Assembly: GCA_026770705.1 (NCBI GenBank)
Contig: JANJGN010000042.1
Span: 620,001-684,000 of the forward strand
Direction of reading: 5' to 3'
Length of the DNA: 64,000 nt
Source: Isurus oxyrinchus
Taxonomy: Eukaryota
Shown here: piece after piece, positions 39,420 to 53,114 of the stretch
Layout: each line of letters opens with the position of its first letter
Position numbering within the stretch: the first letter of the stretch is position 1
Notes under the pieces: model-generated
Database searches by the model: none
Seen by the model: only the letters and a program-made list of their open reading frames with translations
What the model was told of the DNA's origin: nothing
Position numbers and translations under genes: made by a program

Positions 39420-40220
39420 GGAGACAGAAGGAATTCATTCAATCCTTCACAAACATTCAGGATCTCTGAAGCACAATTCAGTCAGTCTCCTCCTCCCCAT
39501 TTTATCTCAGTGGCCCTTCACGTTTATTTCCGTTAAGTAGCTATCACATTACCATTTGAAATCACGAGTCATCTCCGTTTCCACCACAATTGTAGGCAGC
39601 ACTTTGAGGTCGTGACCACTCGCTGCATAAACACTTTTGTTCATCACGTGCTGCCAGCACATTTTTCACTGTCCTTAAAACGTTGCACCCAAGCAACTTT
39701 ACGATCGGTAACTGGGAACATATTTTCTGCTATCTACCTTATCTCAACCCGTTTAATCTAGGAAGTTTCTACCAAACAGCTCGTCAATTCCCTTTCCTCC
39801 GATGAAAACAACCCAAGCTCCACTCACTGAACATTGCTGCCAAGGCGCCGCATCCCTGTTAACATTCGAGTAAATCTCCTCTACACTGCATAAAGTACAC
39901 ACACATTTTATCTGGTGCATGGTGACCAGAAACGGACACAGCAATTTAATTGTGGTCTAACCAGAGTGTAAATTGTTTCAGCACAGCTTCCTCGTATTTA
40001 TGCTCAATTTCTCGATTTATGTACTCGAAAATTCCAAAGCCTGTTGTAACAATACTTTCAACATGTCAGGGCACCTTCGAATATCAATTCACATGGACCG
40101 TCAGGTCCCTCTGTCCTTGCGCACTGTTTAGAACCTTAACATTAAATGGATATTGTTCCTCACTGGCCATTTTACTAAATCTAGCATTTCCTGGGTTAGG
40201 TCCCATCTGCCACTTTGATT
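39420..40220 (-). mobile_element. Old CR1 LINE 3' fragment
   Basis: Reverse strand resembles the CR1 C-terminus (LV.PQL..C..FW.P) and 3' region; degenerate. Confidence 0.6.
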
Positions 40221-40559
40221 CAGCTGCTGTAGACTTTTGAAATTGGAACTCCTCTTCCTACCTCTTTCCAACATTCTGGTATGTCAGTGTCCTCGTAGCA
40301 TTGCCTATGAAATAGGTTAAATGTTGCGTTTCTAGTTTGATCTAAAACTAGCATTGCCTTCTTCATGTTGTTTCTCGCTTTTATTCCAGTAATTGGGTGA
40401 ACACAGGCTTGGCCAATTTAGTTTAAATTATTCGCAACTACACTAGCTGTGCAACAATACTGGTCACAGCTCTGTTGTTTTGCATATCGTCCCTACTGAA
40501 CAAGTGCCTAAAACTGATTCGCCCCCCCCCCCCCCCCACCCCACATGACCACCCGCTCC

Positions 40560-41720
40560 GCTTTCCACACTTCTCTGATGAATCTGTACTGCTCCATGTT
40601 GAGCGCCACTTGTAAGAAAGACTAAGAGTTGCAAGGTCCCAGATTGAACTCAGGGGGCTTCAGTGTCCATCACCAAGTGTTTCTCCGAAGCAGCAATATA
40701 TATTGACCTGGCTGCATGCCCAAGGGAACACCTACCAGATTTTGCCTGTAGTAGGTGGTGAGGGAGCCAAAAATAGGGAAGAACACATGTTACCTGATCA
40801 TAAGTAAACTACCTGTAGCAGATGCACCTGTCCACCATAGTATTGGGAGAAGCCTCCAGTACACATCTGTATAAACATGAAAACCATCACATTGTCGTGC
40901 TGTGTGGCGCTACCATTGTGCTAAATCAAATCAAGAAAATCAAAGCCAGATTTCCGTTAGGTGCAGTGAGCCATCAGCAGCAGTAGCATTGTATCAATTC
41001 TTAGTTTGTAAACTCATGGCCCGTTATATCCCTCACTTTGACATTACCAACAGATGAAGGGATCAATTCTGACAAAGTGAAGGGTGTAGAACAGCATGCC
41101 AGGGGCACAAGGGACATAAAAACGAGGTGTCGACCTGGTGAAGTAAAAAAAAAACCAGAAACCTTGGCATGCCAAGCAACTGAAAAAGCATGTGATTGAC
41201 AGCACTAAAATATCCCACCAACAATTGGTCAAACCAAAGATCTGCAATCCTTCCACATCCAATCATGAATAGCGGTGGGCAATAGAAGAATAAAGAGAAA
41301 CAGGATATTCCACAAATATCCCTAACCCTAAAGATGGGTGAGTCCAGCATATCGGGGCAGAAAGAGATGGCTGAAGGACTTTAATTAACTTTCAGCCAGA
41401 ACTCCCGAGTGGAAGATCCATCTCAGACTCCACCTGAGGTCTCCATCGTCCTCACCGAATTCGATTGATTCCAATTAATATTACTGGCAATTGAGTACAA
41501 CAAATGCCACAAAGGCAATGGGCCCGATAAAGGAGCCGGCTGTAGAATTGAAGATTAGTGCTTCAGAACAAGCCGACTCAATTTCCGACTTCAGTACATC
41601 TTAGAAAGCTGGCAATGACTCAAATAATTGGAAGCTGCCCAAATATGACCTGTCCAGAGAAGGAAGGAAAAATCCAGTCCGGTCAACTATCGCCACATTA
41701 GTCTACATTGCATTACAAGA
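40560..41720 (+). mobile_element. LINE ORF2 internal fragment (CR1/L2-group)
   Basis: KAMGPD and KSSPVNYRHISLHCITRKVME near 41510-41735. Confidence 0.7.
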
Positions 41721-42539
41721 AAAGTGATGGAAAGTCTCGCCATTTTTGTTAATGGTTGGTCGAAAGTCATTCATGTGAAAGGCGCTGTGCTTCAAGAAGC
41801 GCTTCGTGGTATCTTTGTAACGTTTTCCCTGTCCTTCCCTGAAACGTTGGCTACTTAAGTGGTGGAAAATTTAGAGAATGTGGTGTGGGGTCGATTTCCT
41901 TGAGGCATGAGCATAAATTTGAAATGAATAATAGTTCATTGCAGTATTAATGGAGAGATGCGCTGATTGAAGTTCAGCCAGTCGGGTGGCATCTAAAACT
42001 TAAGCAATTTTCACGATCCCAGGTGGATGCAACAAACATCATGTGGAGCAATTTGGCTTGGAGGCGCTTTATATAAATTAAAAATATTCTATTTTTGCCC
42101 ATAGCTTCGGTCGCATTGAGCAAAACCATGTTGCCATGGACTGTGCATTGACCAAGTAATCTATTAATACTGAAACATACACAAAAGTATCGGAGTGCAT
42201 GTGTGTAAAAGTACAAAGATTGGTCAGAGGGGAATATGATATTCTAACGATAATAGAAATCTACCACAATATGTGGCGTGACTGACAGTTTCATATTCCT
42301 GTTTGCAATGCATTTTGAATCATTCTTTTTAACTCTTTGCAAAGTAAACTCCTCTCACCTTCCCACTGTTCTGCGAGTGATGGAACATCCCAGGTAGTGT
42401 GGCAGCTCAAGTATGATTTATCAGCTCCCAGCAGTTGGGTTATGTGTTTGTTATGAGGAGGAAATTCTTACTAGGACTGAAATATTGTCTCCACTCAATA
42501 CTGATACCACCATTTTTTATTTATCCCTGCGATATAGCC

Positions 42540-43145
42540 CTGGGTGGCAAGGTCAATCTTTATTGCGAATTGCTCATTTTCTTTAGAATTTCGTGGTGAG
42601 CTGCCTTCTTGAGCCCCTTCAGTCCATGTGCGCTATCTTCATCCATAATGCTAGAAGGCAGGAATTTTCACAGTTTGACCAATTGATGAAAACTATTTCA
42701 AGTTTCGAGCGTGAGTGAGATGCAGCTGCTGGTGTTTCCACGTGCCTGTTACCTTTGTTTCCCAAGACAGTAAAACCCGAAGTTTCGAAGGTGTAGTTAC
42801 AGAATACCTGATAAGTTGATTCTTTTTTTCTTGGAATGTGGGCATCGTGCAGAAGGCCACATTTGTTGTCAATTTGAGCACAGTAAAGAGGCAGACATTT
42901 TACTGTGGGTCTGCAGCCACATATAGGTCAGATCGGGTAAGGACGGCACATTGTCTTCCCTACAGGACATTAGTGAAGCCAATAGGTGTTCGCAACAATC
43001 GAAGACCGTTTTCGTGGGCACAGTTACCGAGACGAGCTTGATACTCCAATCGCATTATTTTAATTAGCTGCCATGTTATGATTTAAAACAATGTCACAAA
43101 GGTATGTGCCTCGGCCTCAGGATCACCCTATCACACTGCCCCTAA
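42540..43145 (-). mobile_element. LINE 3' tail fragment followed by a tRNA-derived SINE
   Basis: 42540-42810 resembles 22352-22660; 42880-43145 resembles the SINE body at 54440-54710. Confidence 0.6.
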
Positions 43146-43689
43146 TGTTGATGTAGGGTGTTCGACTATCGCAATTACATTAAATTCCAAGGGGAAGATG
43201 TTTGACGTCCTCATCCTGGAATTGGTAAAATTCTGCTGTATCCTTCCTGAATACATTCTGCACACCTGGATCCCTTGTTACAGGTTAGAATCACAAAATA
43301 CTGTTCATTGTCGCTATAAACATATAATACTGCTGAAAAAGACCAGTCCAGAGTGGTAGATATTGCGCACAACTGGACCTGCACACACTGAATGTAACCG
43401 TACTGAAGTAGCAATGTGCACTCTAAACCTAACTACGATGATTTTAAGGTGGTCTCATTGCTTGCAATACTGATGAATTGGGATTGTTAACATTGAATCT
43501 AATGAGTTTGAACTGGAGTAGCCCACGCCGGCAGTAACTGTGTATAACTGAACCAGTCCCCTTTGAAAATCGGTGTCGAGAAATGACATTTGCACATTGA
43601 GAATTACTGTGCAGACCTGAGTCATTTCACACTCATTATAGACCAGCAGGCCCCGTCTTTGTGGAAAACAATCATACATAAATTGAGCA

Positions 43690-46035
43690 TTTCACACTTG
43701 AAGGAAACCATGTCGATGAAATCAGTGCGAGAGTGAGAGAGGGATATTGGCTCAGAAAATCTAGATGTAGATGCAACCTGGGTGGAGCTAAGAAGCAACA
43801 ATGAGTGGAAAAGATCACTTATCTTTAGACATCCAGACAGCAGTGTCGACATAGGGGACGGCATAAAACAGGAACTTGGACTTGCATGTAACAAGGGTGC
43901 TACAGAAATCATGAGTGACTTTTAACTACATATAGAGTGTGCAAACCAAATTAGCAATAATAAAATTGCGAATGGATTCCTGTAGTGTGTACGAAATGTT
44001 TTTTTCCGGACTCGTATGTCGAGGAACGGACTGGGGATCAGGCTAACCTAGATTTGGTATAGTGAAATGAGATGCATTAAATTAATAATCTTGTTGTGTG
44101 GGGTCTTTTGGGGAACATTGACCATAACATGATAGAATTCTTCATTGGAATGGAAAGTGAAGTAGTCTGGTCTGAAACGAGGGTGCTAAATCTTACAAAG
44201 GAATCGACAAATTTAGGAGATTTGAGTTGGCTAAGATCGATTGGAGTACCTTATTAAAAGGAAAGATGGTGTGTAGACAAAGTCCAATGATTAAGGAACG
44301 AGTACATACATTTCAAATGTTATACTTTCTTTTCTGGCCCAAAAGAGCAAGACAGTAAAAGCGGCCCAACCATGGGTAAAAAAATAAATTAAGGATAGCT
44401 TTAGATCCAAAGAGGAGTCGTATGAAGTTGCTAGAAAATTTAACAAGCCTAACGATTGGGAACAGTTTAGAACTCAGCAAAGGACGACCAAGAATTCGAA
44501 TAAGGGGGGAAAATATTGGATGAGGATAAATTTGCAAATAACATAAAAACGGTCATTAACAGCATCTATAAATATTTTTAAAAAAACCTTACAGTCTGAA
44601 ACGGGAGACTTTATAACAGAACAATTACTTTTGCTCGGTCTTCACGTAGGGAGACATAAATAGCTTCACAGAAATACGATGGAATCTCGGGTCCATTGAG
44701 AAGCAAGAATTCAACGAAATTAATGTTACTAACACAATTGTGCTGGAGAAATTAATCGGACTGGAAGCCAATCAATCCGCATGCCTGATAATATACGTCT
44801 TGGGGTACTAAAGGAGGTGGCCATGTAAATAGTGAGTGTAGTGGTTGTCATCTTCCAAAATTATGTAGATTCTGCAACAGTCCCGGCAGATTGCAGGGTG
44901 TTAAATATAACCCCGCTATTTTGAAAAGGAGTGAGGGAGAAAACAACGAATTGCAGACCTGTTAGCCGAACTTCAATAGTAGGGAAAATGCTAGAGTCTA
45001 TTGTAGAGTATGTGATAACAGGACTCTTTAAACTTATCAATGGGTTGAGACAAAGCTAACATGTATCTATCAAAGGAAATCATGTTTAACAAACCTACTG
45101 GAGTTTTAAAGGACGTAATCTGCAAAAAGGATAAGGGAGAACCAATGGCTGTGCTGTAGTTGGATTATCAGAAAGCCTTTGACAAAGACCCAAAGTTAGC
45201 GTGTAAAATTAAAGACAGGAAAGAAAGCAGGAATAATTCGGTCTTCTTTGGAGGGGCAGGCAGTGACGAGTGGACTAACAGGGATCAATGCNNNNNNNNN
45301 NNNNNNNNNNNNNNNNNNNNNNNNNNNNNNNNNNNNNNNNNNNNNNNNNNNNNNNNNNNNNNNNNNNNNNNNNNNNNNNNNNNNNNNNNNNNNNNNNNNN
45401 NNNNNNNNNNNNNNNNNNNCGAGAGGATTTGAGTGCAGGAGCAACGATGTCTTACTGCAGCTGTGCATGGTCATTGTGAGATCACACCTGGAGTAGTGTT
45501 TGCAGTTCTGGTCCCCTTACCTAAGAAAGGATATACCTACCGTAGAGGGAGTTCAGCCAAGGTTCATCAGGCTGTTTTCTGGCCTGGCAGAATTATAGTA
45601 TGAGGAGAGCTTGGGCCGGCTAGGCCTTTATTCATTGGAGAACAGAAGAATGAGAGGCGATCGCATTGAAACATATGAAACTCTGACAGGAATGTACAGA
45701 CTGGATGCGGGGATGATAATTCCTCTGGCTCGGGCGTCTAGAACAAGGGGTCACAGACTCAGGATACGGGTTAGACCATTTAGGACTGAGATGAGGAGAA
45801 ACGTCTTCAATCAGAAGGTGGCGAGCATTTGGAATTCTCTAGCACAGAAGGCTTTGGAGGTCAAGTCACTGGATATATTTAAGAAGTAAATAAGTAGACC
45901 ACTAGCCTTCAAACGCATCAAGGGGTGTGGGGAGAGAGCCGGTCTAAGGCGTTCAGATAGAGGATCAGCCATCATCAAACTGAATGGCGGAGCAAGCTCG
46001 AAGGGCTCGAACAAGTAATCATACTCCTATTTTCA
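43690..46035 (+). mobile_element. CR1 LINE ORF2 (endonuclease to 3' tail), degenerate, containing an assembly gap
   Basis: REDIGSENLDVDATWVEL.., NCRPVS.TSIVGKMLES, DYQKAFDK and LGRLGLYSLE.RRMRGD.IETY. 3' tail gaatggcggagcaagctcgaaggg. Confidence 0.92.
45292..45419. other. Assembly gap (128 N)
   Basis: Run of n characters. Confidence 1.
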
Positions 46036-46954
46036 ATATTTTGGTGGACATTTTTTTCCAGACACTGAAAGTAAGCATGAGGAATTAACTACCTGCACAA
46101 GGTTTGTAACACTGCTTCACATGTGCACATTGAAGATAGCAGTTAAAATGGGGCCTGTCCATATTCAATGCAAGATGACTGAACTGGGCCTTTGCAGACT
46201 TAGTGCAGCCGTGCATAATCTCGCCTGGCGCCACGGAAAGCAATTTACGGGAAATGGATGTGCACACTTACCCTTCCTTATCCGTCATGAATGAATGTAA
46301 CGTGGCAGAAATGGAGCCTCGACACATCACATAACCATTCCGAACTGGAGCGGTCCACATTAACTAGAATCGTGCTCAACTGGACCTCCGTTTACGGAGT
46401 TTAAGCGTACTCTCTATAATTATGCATAATTAACGCATAAGCGCTTGATTGCATCTGACCAAATAAAACGTAGCCGTTCACAGCTACACAGCTATGCGCA
46501 CTCACTAGAGTTGGATTTGACATGTCTGCAATGAACCTAACTGAAGTGGAATAATCCACACTGCAAGAAGCCGTACAGAAGAGGATTTGAGTACTTTAAA
46601 GCTAAAGGTGATGAGTTGAACATTTCCACACCAAATGCAAACAAGCTTATGTGAATGAGACAGAAAATGCTGGAAATACGCAATAGACTATTCAGCATCT
46701 GTGGAGAGAAAACGGTAAAAGTTCAGATCCATGACTTTACATCGAAGTTGGGGAATAGGGAGCAATGGAAGAATTCTTGTTTTCACTATAGCGGCGGGAA
46801 ACGGTTGTGATAAAGGGCAGATGATAAAGAAACATCAATGTAGGTTTGTGTTAATGTGGAAGACAGAAGGGCACTTTGTGAGGATGTTCCGTCAGAACAA
46901 TGTCAGTGACGTTGAAGAGCTTTCTACTCTGTCAAAATAAAAACAATTTCCTGA

Positions 46955-47047
46955 CAGCTGCAGCACGAGCATCTTTGTTTCAATTTCAATTATTGCAAAA
47001 GATCAAAGCGTCTAATTGTCTCCCTGGAGGCTGGCCTGACATATATA
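46955..47047 (+). promoter_or_regulatory. GPCR gene 4 proximal promoter module
   Basis: CAGCTG 46955, TAATTG 47013, TCCCTGGAG 47021 and TATATA 47042 (57 nt before the ATG). Confidence 0.6.
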
Positions 47048-47098
47048 TGTGACTGTCTTTAGTTGTGGTGCAGAACACACTCGCAGCTGGTGACAGAA

Positions 47099-49457
47099 AT
47101 GCATGGATTGCCAAAATGTCTGATTTTCATCATATACTATCCTGTCCTTGCAGCGATCAGGATTCCAGGTTAAGGATTTTGGTTTGCTATGTTATTGAAA
47201 TCATTGTTTAATCACTTTTCTTTGGTTTGCTTTCATTTTAGTGAATCGTTGTTCGTATTTAGCAGCTTTGCTTCTGCATGGTACGATATTCTTTCTCCCA
47301 TTAAACAGAACAATCTATCAACATTACGCGACATCTTTCCACTTTAACAGCTCGACAATGTCACTTTTTTCCACTTCAAGGGAAATGTTTAATTTAATTC
47401 TCCATTTTAGCAACAAAATTGTTTTCTTTTACTGACATGATTAGTCGTCATCACATGTCGAGTCGCTCAAGTTTTTCCGTGTCATTTCTTCCCTTGTACA
47501 TAATTTCTCCCCAACGCCAGAATAATAGTTCAGCAGTAACAATGCACTATCTTCCCTGAGCTAGTAATATTTAGTCAGTTTAATTGGACACTTTCATCTG
47601 TTTACCTCCACCGTTCGAGGTTTCAGATGTTATTTTATTTTATGCTTGGTGTTTTTAAAAAAGGTTATGTATAACGCTGTTACCACTGAGGAAATGTTTT
47701 TCTGTTGTGTCAATGGCATTCTCATCGTGTGTGAATTATTACAGAGGAACTGTATCTGTATTATCTCATGCATTTCCCTTTCACCTATCGCTCCGATATG
47801 AACAGTATTTATCTGATAAATTTGTGCAGAATATTAAATGACTGGCCGAGAGTTTATTGTCTTAGCGGAAACCTGGCACCCTGGGCGGTGAAGACTTCTC
47901 AGGGAGCTGAAGTTGGTCTTGAATCCAGGATCTTTTGACTCCAAAGCTAGACGACTTTCAACTTAGCAGCAATTGAACCTTTAACTGTGTGTGGATTTCC
48001 TCACTGCTGTGAAGGACAGTTGTGTTCGCTGCAGGTCATCATAACTCAGGAGTTGTAGTTACCCTTTATTTCCATCCAAAGGAGTTTTTTTTCCCATTTT
48101 AGCTGTTTTCATTTGCTGGATTATGCCCACAGCAGCATCACTTTGTATTTAATTCCATTCGAAGCCATCTACTGAGTTTCTATCAAATTATTAGGTCGAT
48201 TTAACATTGTGTCCCTTCTGTTTTCCAATGTTCTATCCTGTTCTTATCTAAACAGCAAGCAAGAGGATACTTGATCGTTTTTCAATGAACTGAGTAAAAA
48301 TTCTGCAATTTGAATATTCACTATAGGGCCGAGCCCGCATTCTTCCTGTAAATCAGCACAGTATTGACGATTTGCTGTATTTTGGAATGAGTCTTTCTTT
48401 CTCCACTGGAGCATATAAGTCATAGGACTGAAATGGGAACATTGCTCTCTTTTCATGACCGATGCTGTATTTGTGAGTTTCTCAATATTTTCTGTTCTAT
48501 ATTCATTTGTCCCCACCGCAAATTTACTGGTTATATTCCTCTGTCACAGCTAATTTGGCAGTAATTGTGATCCTGTCTCGAGGAAGATGCGGTCTCACTG
48601 GATGTATCACATACTATCTGATGTCGTTGGCCGTGACGGATCTCCTGATCATGATCCTTGCTGTGATGTTAAACCGGATTGTAGGTACATATTTCCCATT
48701 TAGTTTCCTTTCCATCACTCTGGCCTTTGCTCTCAGTCTTTTGTTCATATATGGCGTCAAGGATTCTTCTGTCTGGGTGACAGTTGCTTTCACCTTTGAT
48801 TGATTTGTAGCCATTTGTTGCCAGAAGCTGAAAACCAAATATTGCACCAAGAAATCGGCAGCTGTGGTCATAGGAACTGTCTGCGTTGTGCATTGTGCTA
48901 AAAAAATACCCTTTTACTTTGCTTGTGAACCTTCTGTTATCACAGACAATACACCCTAGTACTGCAAACTAAAGCCAATATATTATTCATCACCCGGATG
49001 GGTGGTACATGACAGCATAAATGCCGTTTTAACCCCTTGTCTCCCATTCGTTCTTATTTTGCTGCTCAATGTTCTGACGGTCAGGCACATTGTTGTGGCC
49101 AGTCGAGCCCGCAGAAGACTCCGAGCGCACAGCAAGAGTGAGAACCAAAGTGACCCAGAGATGGAGAAGAGGAGAAAGTCCATCGTTTTACTCTTTGCCA
49201 TCTCGGGAAGTTTCATCCTGTTATATTTCCTCGCTCTTATAACTTTCCTTTATGCACGAATTGCCAGCGTTAGTTATTTCGATGGCTCGAATTTCAATCA
49301 ATCAAATGTTATACTGGAGGAATGCAGACTTATGCTGCAGCTTTTAAGTTCCTGCATCAACCTGTTTATTTGTGCAGGTACCCAGAGTAAATTCAGAGAG
49401 GAGTTAAAGAATGGCTTGAAATATCCATTGAGTCTGATTGTTAATTTATTTAAATGA
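47099..49457 (+). pseudogene. GPR139/142-like GPCR gene 4, two exons (47099-47168, 48550-49457), two in-frame stops
   Basis: Exon 1 MHGLPKCLIFIIYYPVLAAIRIP + G|GTTAAG; acceptor ctgtcacAG. TGA at 48801 replaces the Arg of DRF (CGA>TGA) and TAG at 48957 replaces the ECL2 Trp. No frameshift. Confidence 0.92.
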
Positions 49458-50439
49458 TGAAAGCAGTGAAATCCAACATGAATTCTACACAATACCGAAC
49501 AATTGTTGTTGTTTGTACATGTTCCATATGGCTTCCAGCCGCAGAAAAAGAGTTACCTCCTGCCTGACGTGTGAATTCAGAATAATATAACTAACTCTGC
49601 ATTTTTCCAGTTAGTTTTTATTTTTTGTCCCCTTTCCAGAACGGGCCTGGTACATTCCCAACTGCCTCTAAGGTCTCGGGGTGTCTCGATTTTCATGCAG
49701 GAGACAAAGTGTCCGACAAAAATGTGTAACTTGGCAACAAAGTTTCACTATTAAATGTAGGAACCTCGCTATCCCTCCTTCCTATGTTTTGGATCTTGAT
49801 GGTAGATGGCGCCCTGAAATGGAAAGGAACACTGTCCCCATCCATTGTTCTACATTGAGCAGGCTCCGCTTCACACTTGAACTCGTTTTCCCATAAACAT
49901 AGGAACAGGGAACTGAAGTGTTACAGACACAGATAAAGTAAACATTTTGTTCACCACTTCCATTTGGCAATGGAGGCGAAATCCGCAGGGTCATCATACA
50001 GTACAAGTCACATTGGCAACAATCTCCCCTTTTAAATGATTACTAATCGCAACTGGCCAGAACAAATAAAAAATGCCAAATTTAATGGAAACATTATCTT
50101 CACCATCCACAATGCACTATAAGAGTCTATTGCCATCCTGATACAGAAACAGTAATTAGAATGAAATTGTGGGTTATGCTTCGCAATGACCCCATATCCC
50201 AATCGTGGGTAAATACTACACACTTACTATTATTTGAACTTTCCCGTGTCGTGACTTACAACCGCACAGAAAGTCTTAAGATTGAGCATTGCTCTCAGCA
50301 GAAAACCCAATCCAAGGCATTCATGCTGTGTACATATTATCACTCGTTATGTCTTCCAGTGATAGTTGAAACAGACCGATTGCCCTACACTTTATAAGAG
50401 CTTTGCATAAAGAATTATGTAGCCGAAAAATTCACATGT

Positions 50440-50825
50440 TGTAGAAACTTATGGTCTAGCACTCATCAGGACAATTTGCAAGAGTTGTGCCTATTTCAAC
50501 TGATCAAAAGACGGGAGAACCAGTCTCTGGCTCATGCCCTCATGAAATGTCTTGACCAATCAGAGTCAACATACTTGATTTGAATGTAAACAATGGTTGA
50601 CAGTTAACTTCCATTCATCAAGTCACTATCGCATTCTCTATTGCAATGCCACAAGTGATCCGTTTTCACTCGCCAATCAATCATCACACTCTTCTCATGA
50701 CGTTAAAAGTGTTGTTCCATTTGACTTTTTTCTTACTCTTGCGAATTGTCCTGATGAGTCCAAGATGAAAAGCTTCAAAAGCATGTGTATTTGATCAGCA
50801 CTCTCACATTCTGTTCTACCAAACA
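50440..50825. mobile_element. Inverted terminal-repeat remnant of a second Penelope family, with a hammerhead-like motif
   Basis: actcatcaggacaatttgcaagag (50461) is inverted relative to ctcttgcgaattgtcCTGATGAgtccaagatGAAAagct (50736-50775). Confidence 0.6.
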
Positions 50826-50827
50826 AC

Positions 50828-52230
50828 GAGTGAGTCTCACGTCAGTGGTCGGGAAACTATTGGAGAAAATTCTGAAGGAAAGAATCTATCTTAACTTGGA
50901 GAGAGAAGGTTTGATACGAAATATTCAGCATGGATTTTTCAGAGGTAGGTCATGCCAAAAAAATTTTACTGAGTTTTTGAGGAGATGACCAGGTGTGTAG
51001 ATGATGGTAGTGCAGTTGATGTAGTTTATATGGATTTCAGAAAAGCCTTTGACAAGGTCCCAAATGGCAGCCTTATAAATAAGGCAAATGTGCATGGGAT
51101 ACAGTGTAATTTGATCAAATGGATTATAAATTGGCTTAGTTGTAGGAGACAGAGTGTGATGACAGAAGGCTGCTTTAGTGACTGAAAACTCGAGACCAGT
51201 GGTTTACCATAGGGATCTGTGCTGGGTCCCCTATTGTTCGTTATTTATATAAATGACATAGATGACTATGTGAGGAGTATGATTAGTAAGTTTGCGGATG
51301 ACACAAAGATTGGTTGGTTGGTTTACAGTGAGGTTGAGAGTCTTGGGCTGGAGGAAGATATTGGCGTGGTGGTCAAATGGGCAGATAAGTGGCAGATGGA
51401 ATTTAACCCTGGAAAGCGTGAGGTTATACACTTTGGAAGGAGTAATTAGACAAGGAAGTATTCAATGAACAGCATGGCATCAGGAAGATCTGACGAACAA
51501 AGGGACCTTAGTGCCTGTGTCCATAAGTCTCTGAAGGCAGAGCGGCGTGTTAATGGGGTGGTGAAGAAGGCATTTGGGACACTTGCTTTTATCAGTCGAG
51601 GCACATATTGCAAAAGTAGAGGGGCCATGTTGGAGTTGTACAGAACCTTGGTGAGACCACAGTGGGAGTGCTGTGTGCAGTTTTGATCGCCAAATGATAG
51701 GAAAGATGTGATTGCGCTAGAAGTGGTGTAGAGGAGGTACACCTGGATGCTGCCTGGGCTGAAACATTTAAGTTATAAAGAGAGGTTGCATAGACTTGGG
51801 TTATTTTCAGCATAGCAGAGAAGACTGAGGGGCGACCAGTTCAAGGTGTACAAGACTGTGAGGCGTATGGACGGGGTGGATAGGGAGCAGCTGTTCCCCT
51901 TAGATGAAGGCTCAGTCACGATGGAACACAAGTTCAAGGTGAGGGGCAGGAGGTTTCGGGAGGATGTGAGGGAAAACCTTTTTTACCCAGGTGTTGGTGA
52001 CTGTCTGGAATACACTGCCTGAGAGGGTAATGGAGGCTGGTTGCCTCACATCCTTTATAAAGTGCCTGGATGAATACTTGGCACGTCCTTACATTCATGG
52101 TTGTGGACCAAGTGCTGGTCAATGGAATTAGTTAGGTAGGTCAGATGTTTCTCACGTGTCAGTGCAGACTCGATGAGCAGAGGGGCCTCTTCTGCACTGT
52201 GCGAACCTGTGATTCTCTAATTCTGTGACT
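50828..52230 (+). mobile_element. CR1 LINE, 5'-truncated RT with 3' tail
   Basis: VSLTSVVGKLLE, VDVVYMDFRKAFDKVP, LGPLLFVIYIND and KFADDTK; tail ending ctgtgattctctaattctgtga. Confidence 0.95.
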
Positions 52231-53114
52231 ACATATTCAACTCTCCATGAAGTGATTGTCATGATTATAAACAGCAGAATCAAATCTCTAAATTCGCTGA
52301 CCTATCAACAATTAAAGTGAATGAGCAATTCTCTTCTCACCCAAACATTGTTTTAATCATTTGCTTATATGGGTGAATGTACTTGAATTTGAAAGAATGG
52401 GACAACTGGCAATATGCTTCCTCGCCAATGGTGCAACTGAACGATTTCTTACCTGTGGAAACATTTCAATAAATCTCCAGCTGGGGTGGGCAAACGAATC
52501 CCTTTCTATGGTCCACGTATTTCCAAGGTTTGCTTCTGTAGAGTATGTCCTGTCTCTGCCCAGGTTGGGTAATCCGTTGAAACCTAGTCCACAGACAGAA
52601 GTGTTGCAGGGTCTCTCCCCATTGCAAATGCTGCAACTTCAATTGTAATTCTGTGTAAGTGATTACAGATCATTGGATAGCCATTGCATTGGAGCACTCT
52701 CAGTTGGGTGCGTGTTTTATTGTGCTTCAAGCAACACCGGCCTTTGAAATAAAATTCCACTGATTGTATTGGCAAACATTGATCCTTTTTTTGTTTTACT
52801 TTCTGTTCTCCATTCCCGGGATCCACTCTCGCTGTTGTCTGAAAGAATTGCTTTTGGATGGTTTTAGTTTTGCATTTACCCAGTAGCCTTTGAGTTCCCC
52901 TCCTGAAGATATTGACTCAGAGGAAAAGCAAGATACATACAGCTGCTCTAATATTTCCTACAATTCAATTAGCTCATGGGTAATCTATATATAATTTGCA
53001 TCTACCCACCTTAGTTTTATTCTCTTTCAATGGTTTTCCTGAAAGTAGTCAATCTAATTTTCGCATGTTCGATTGACTCCGATTGTCTTTGAACCTTTAG
53101 GAGAAAATGGTCAA

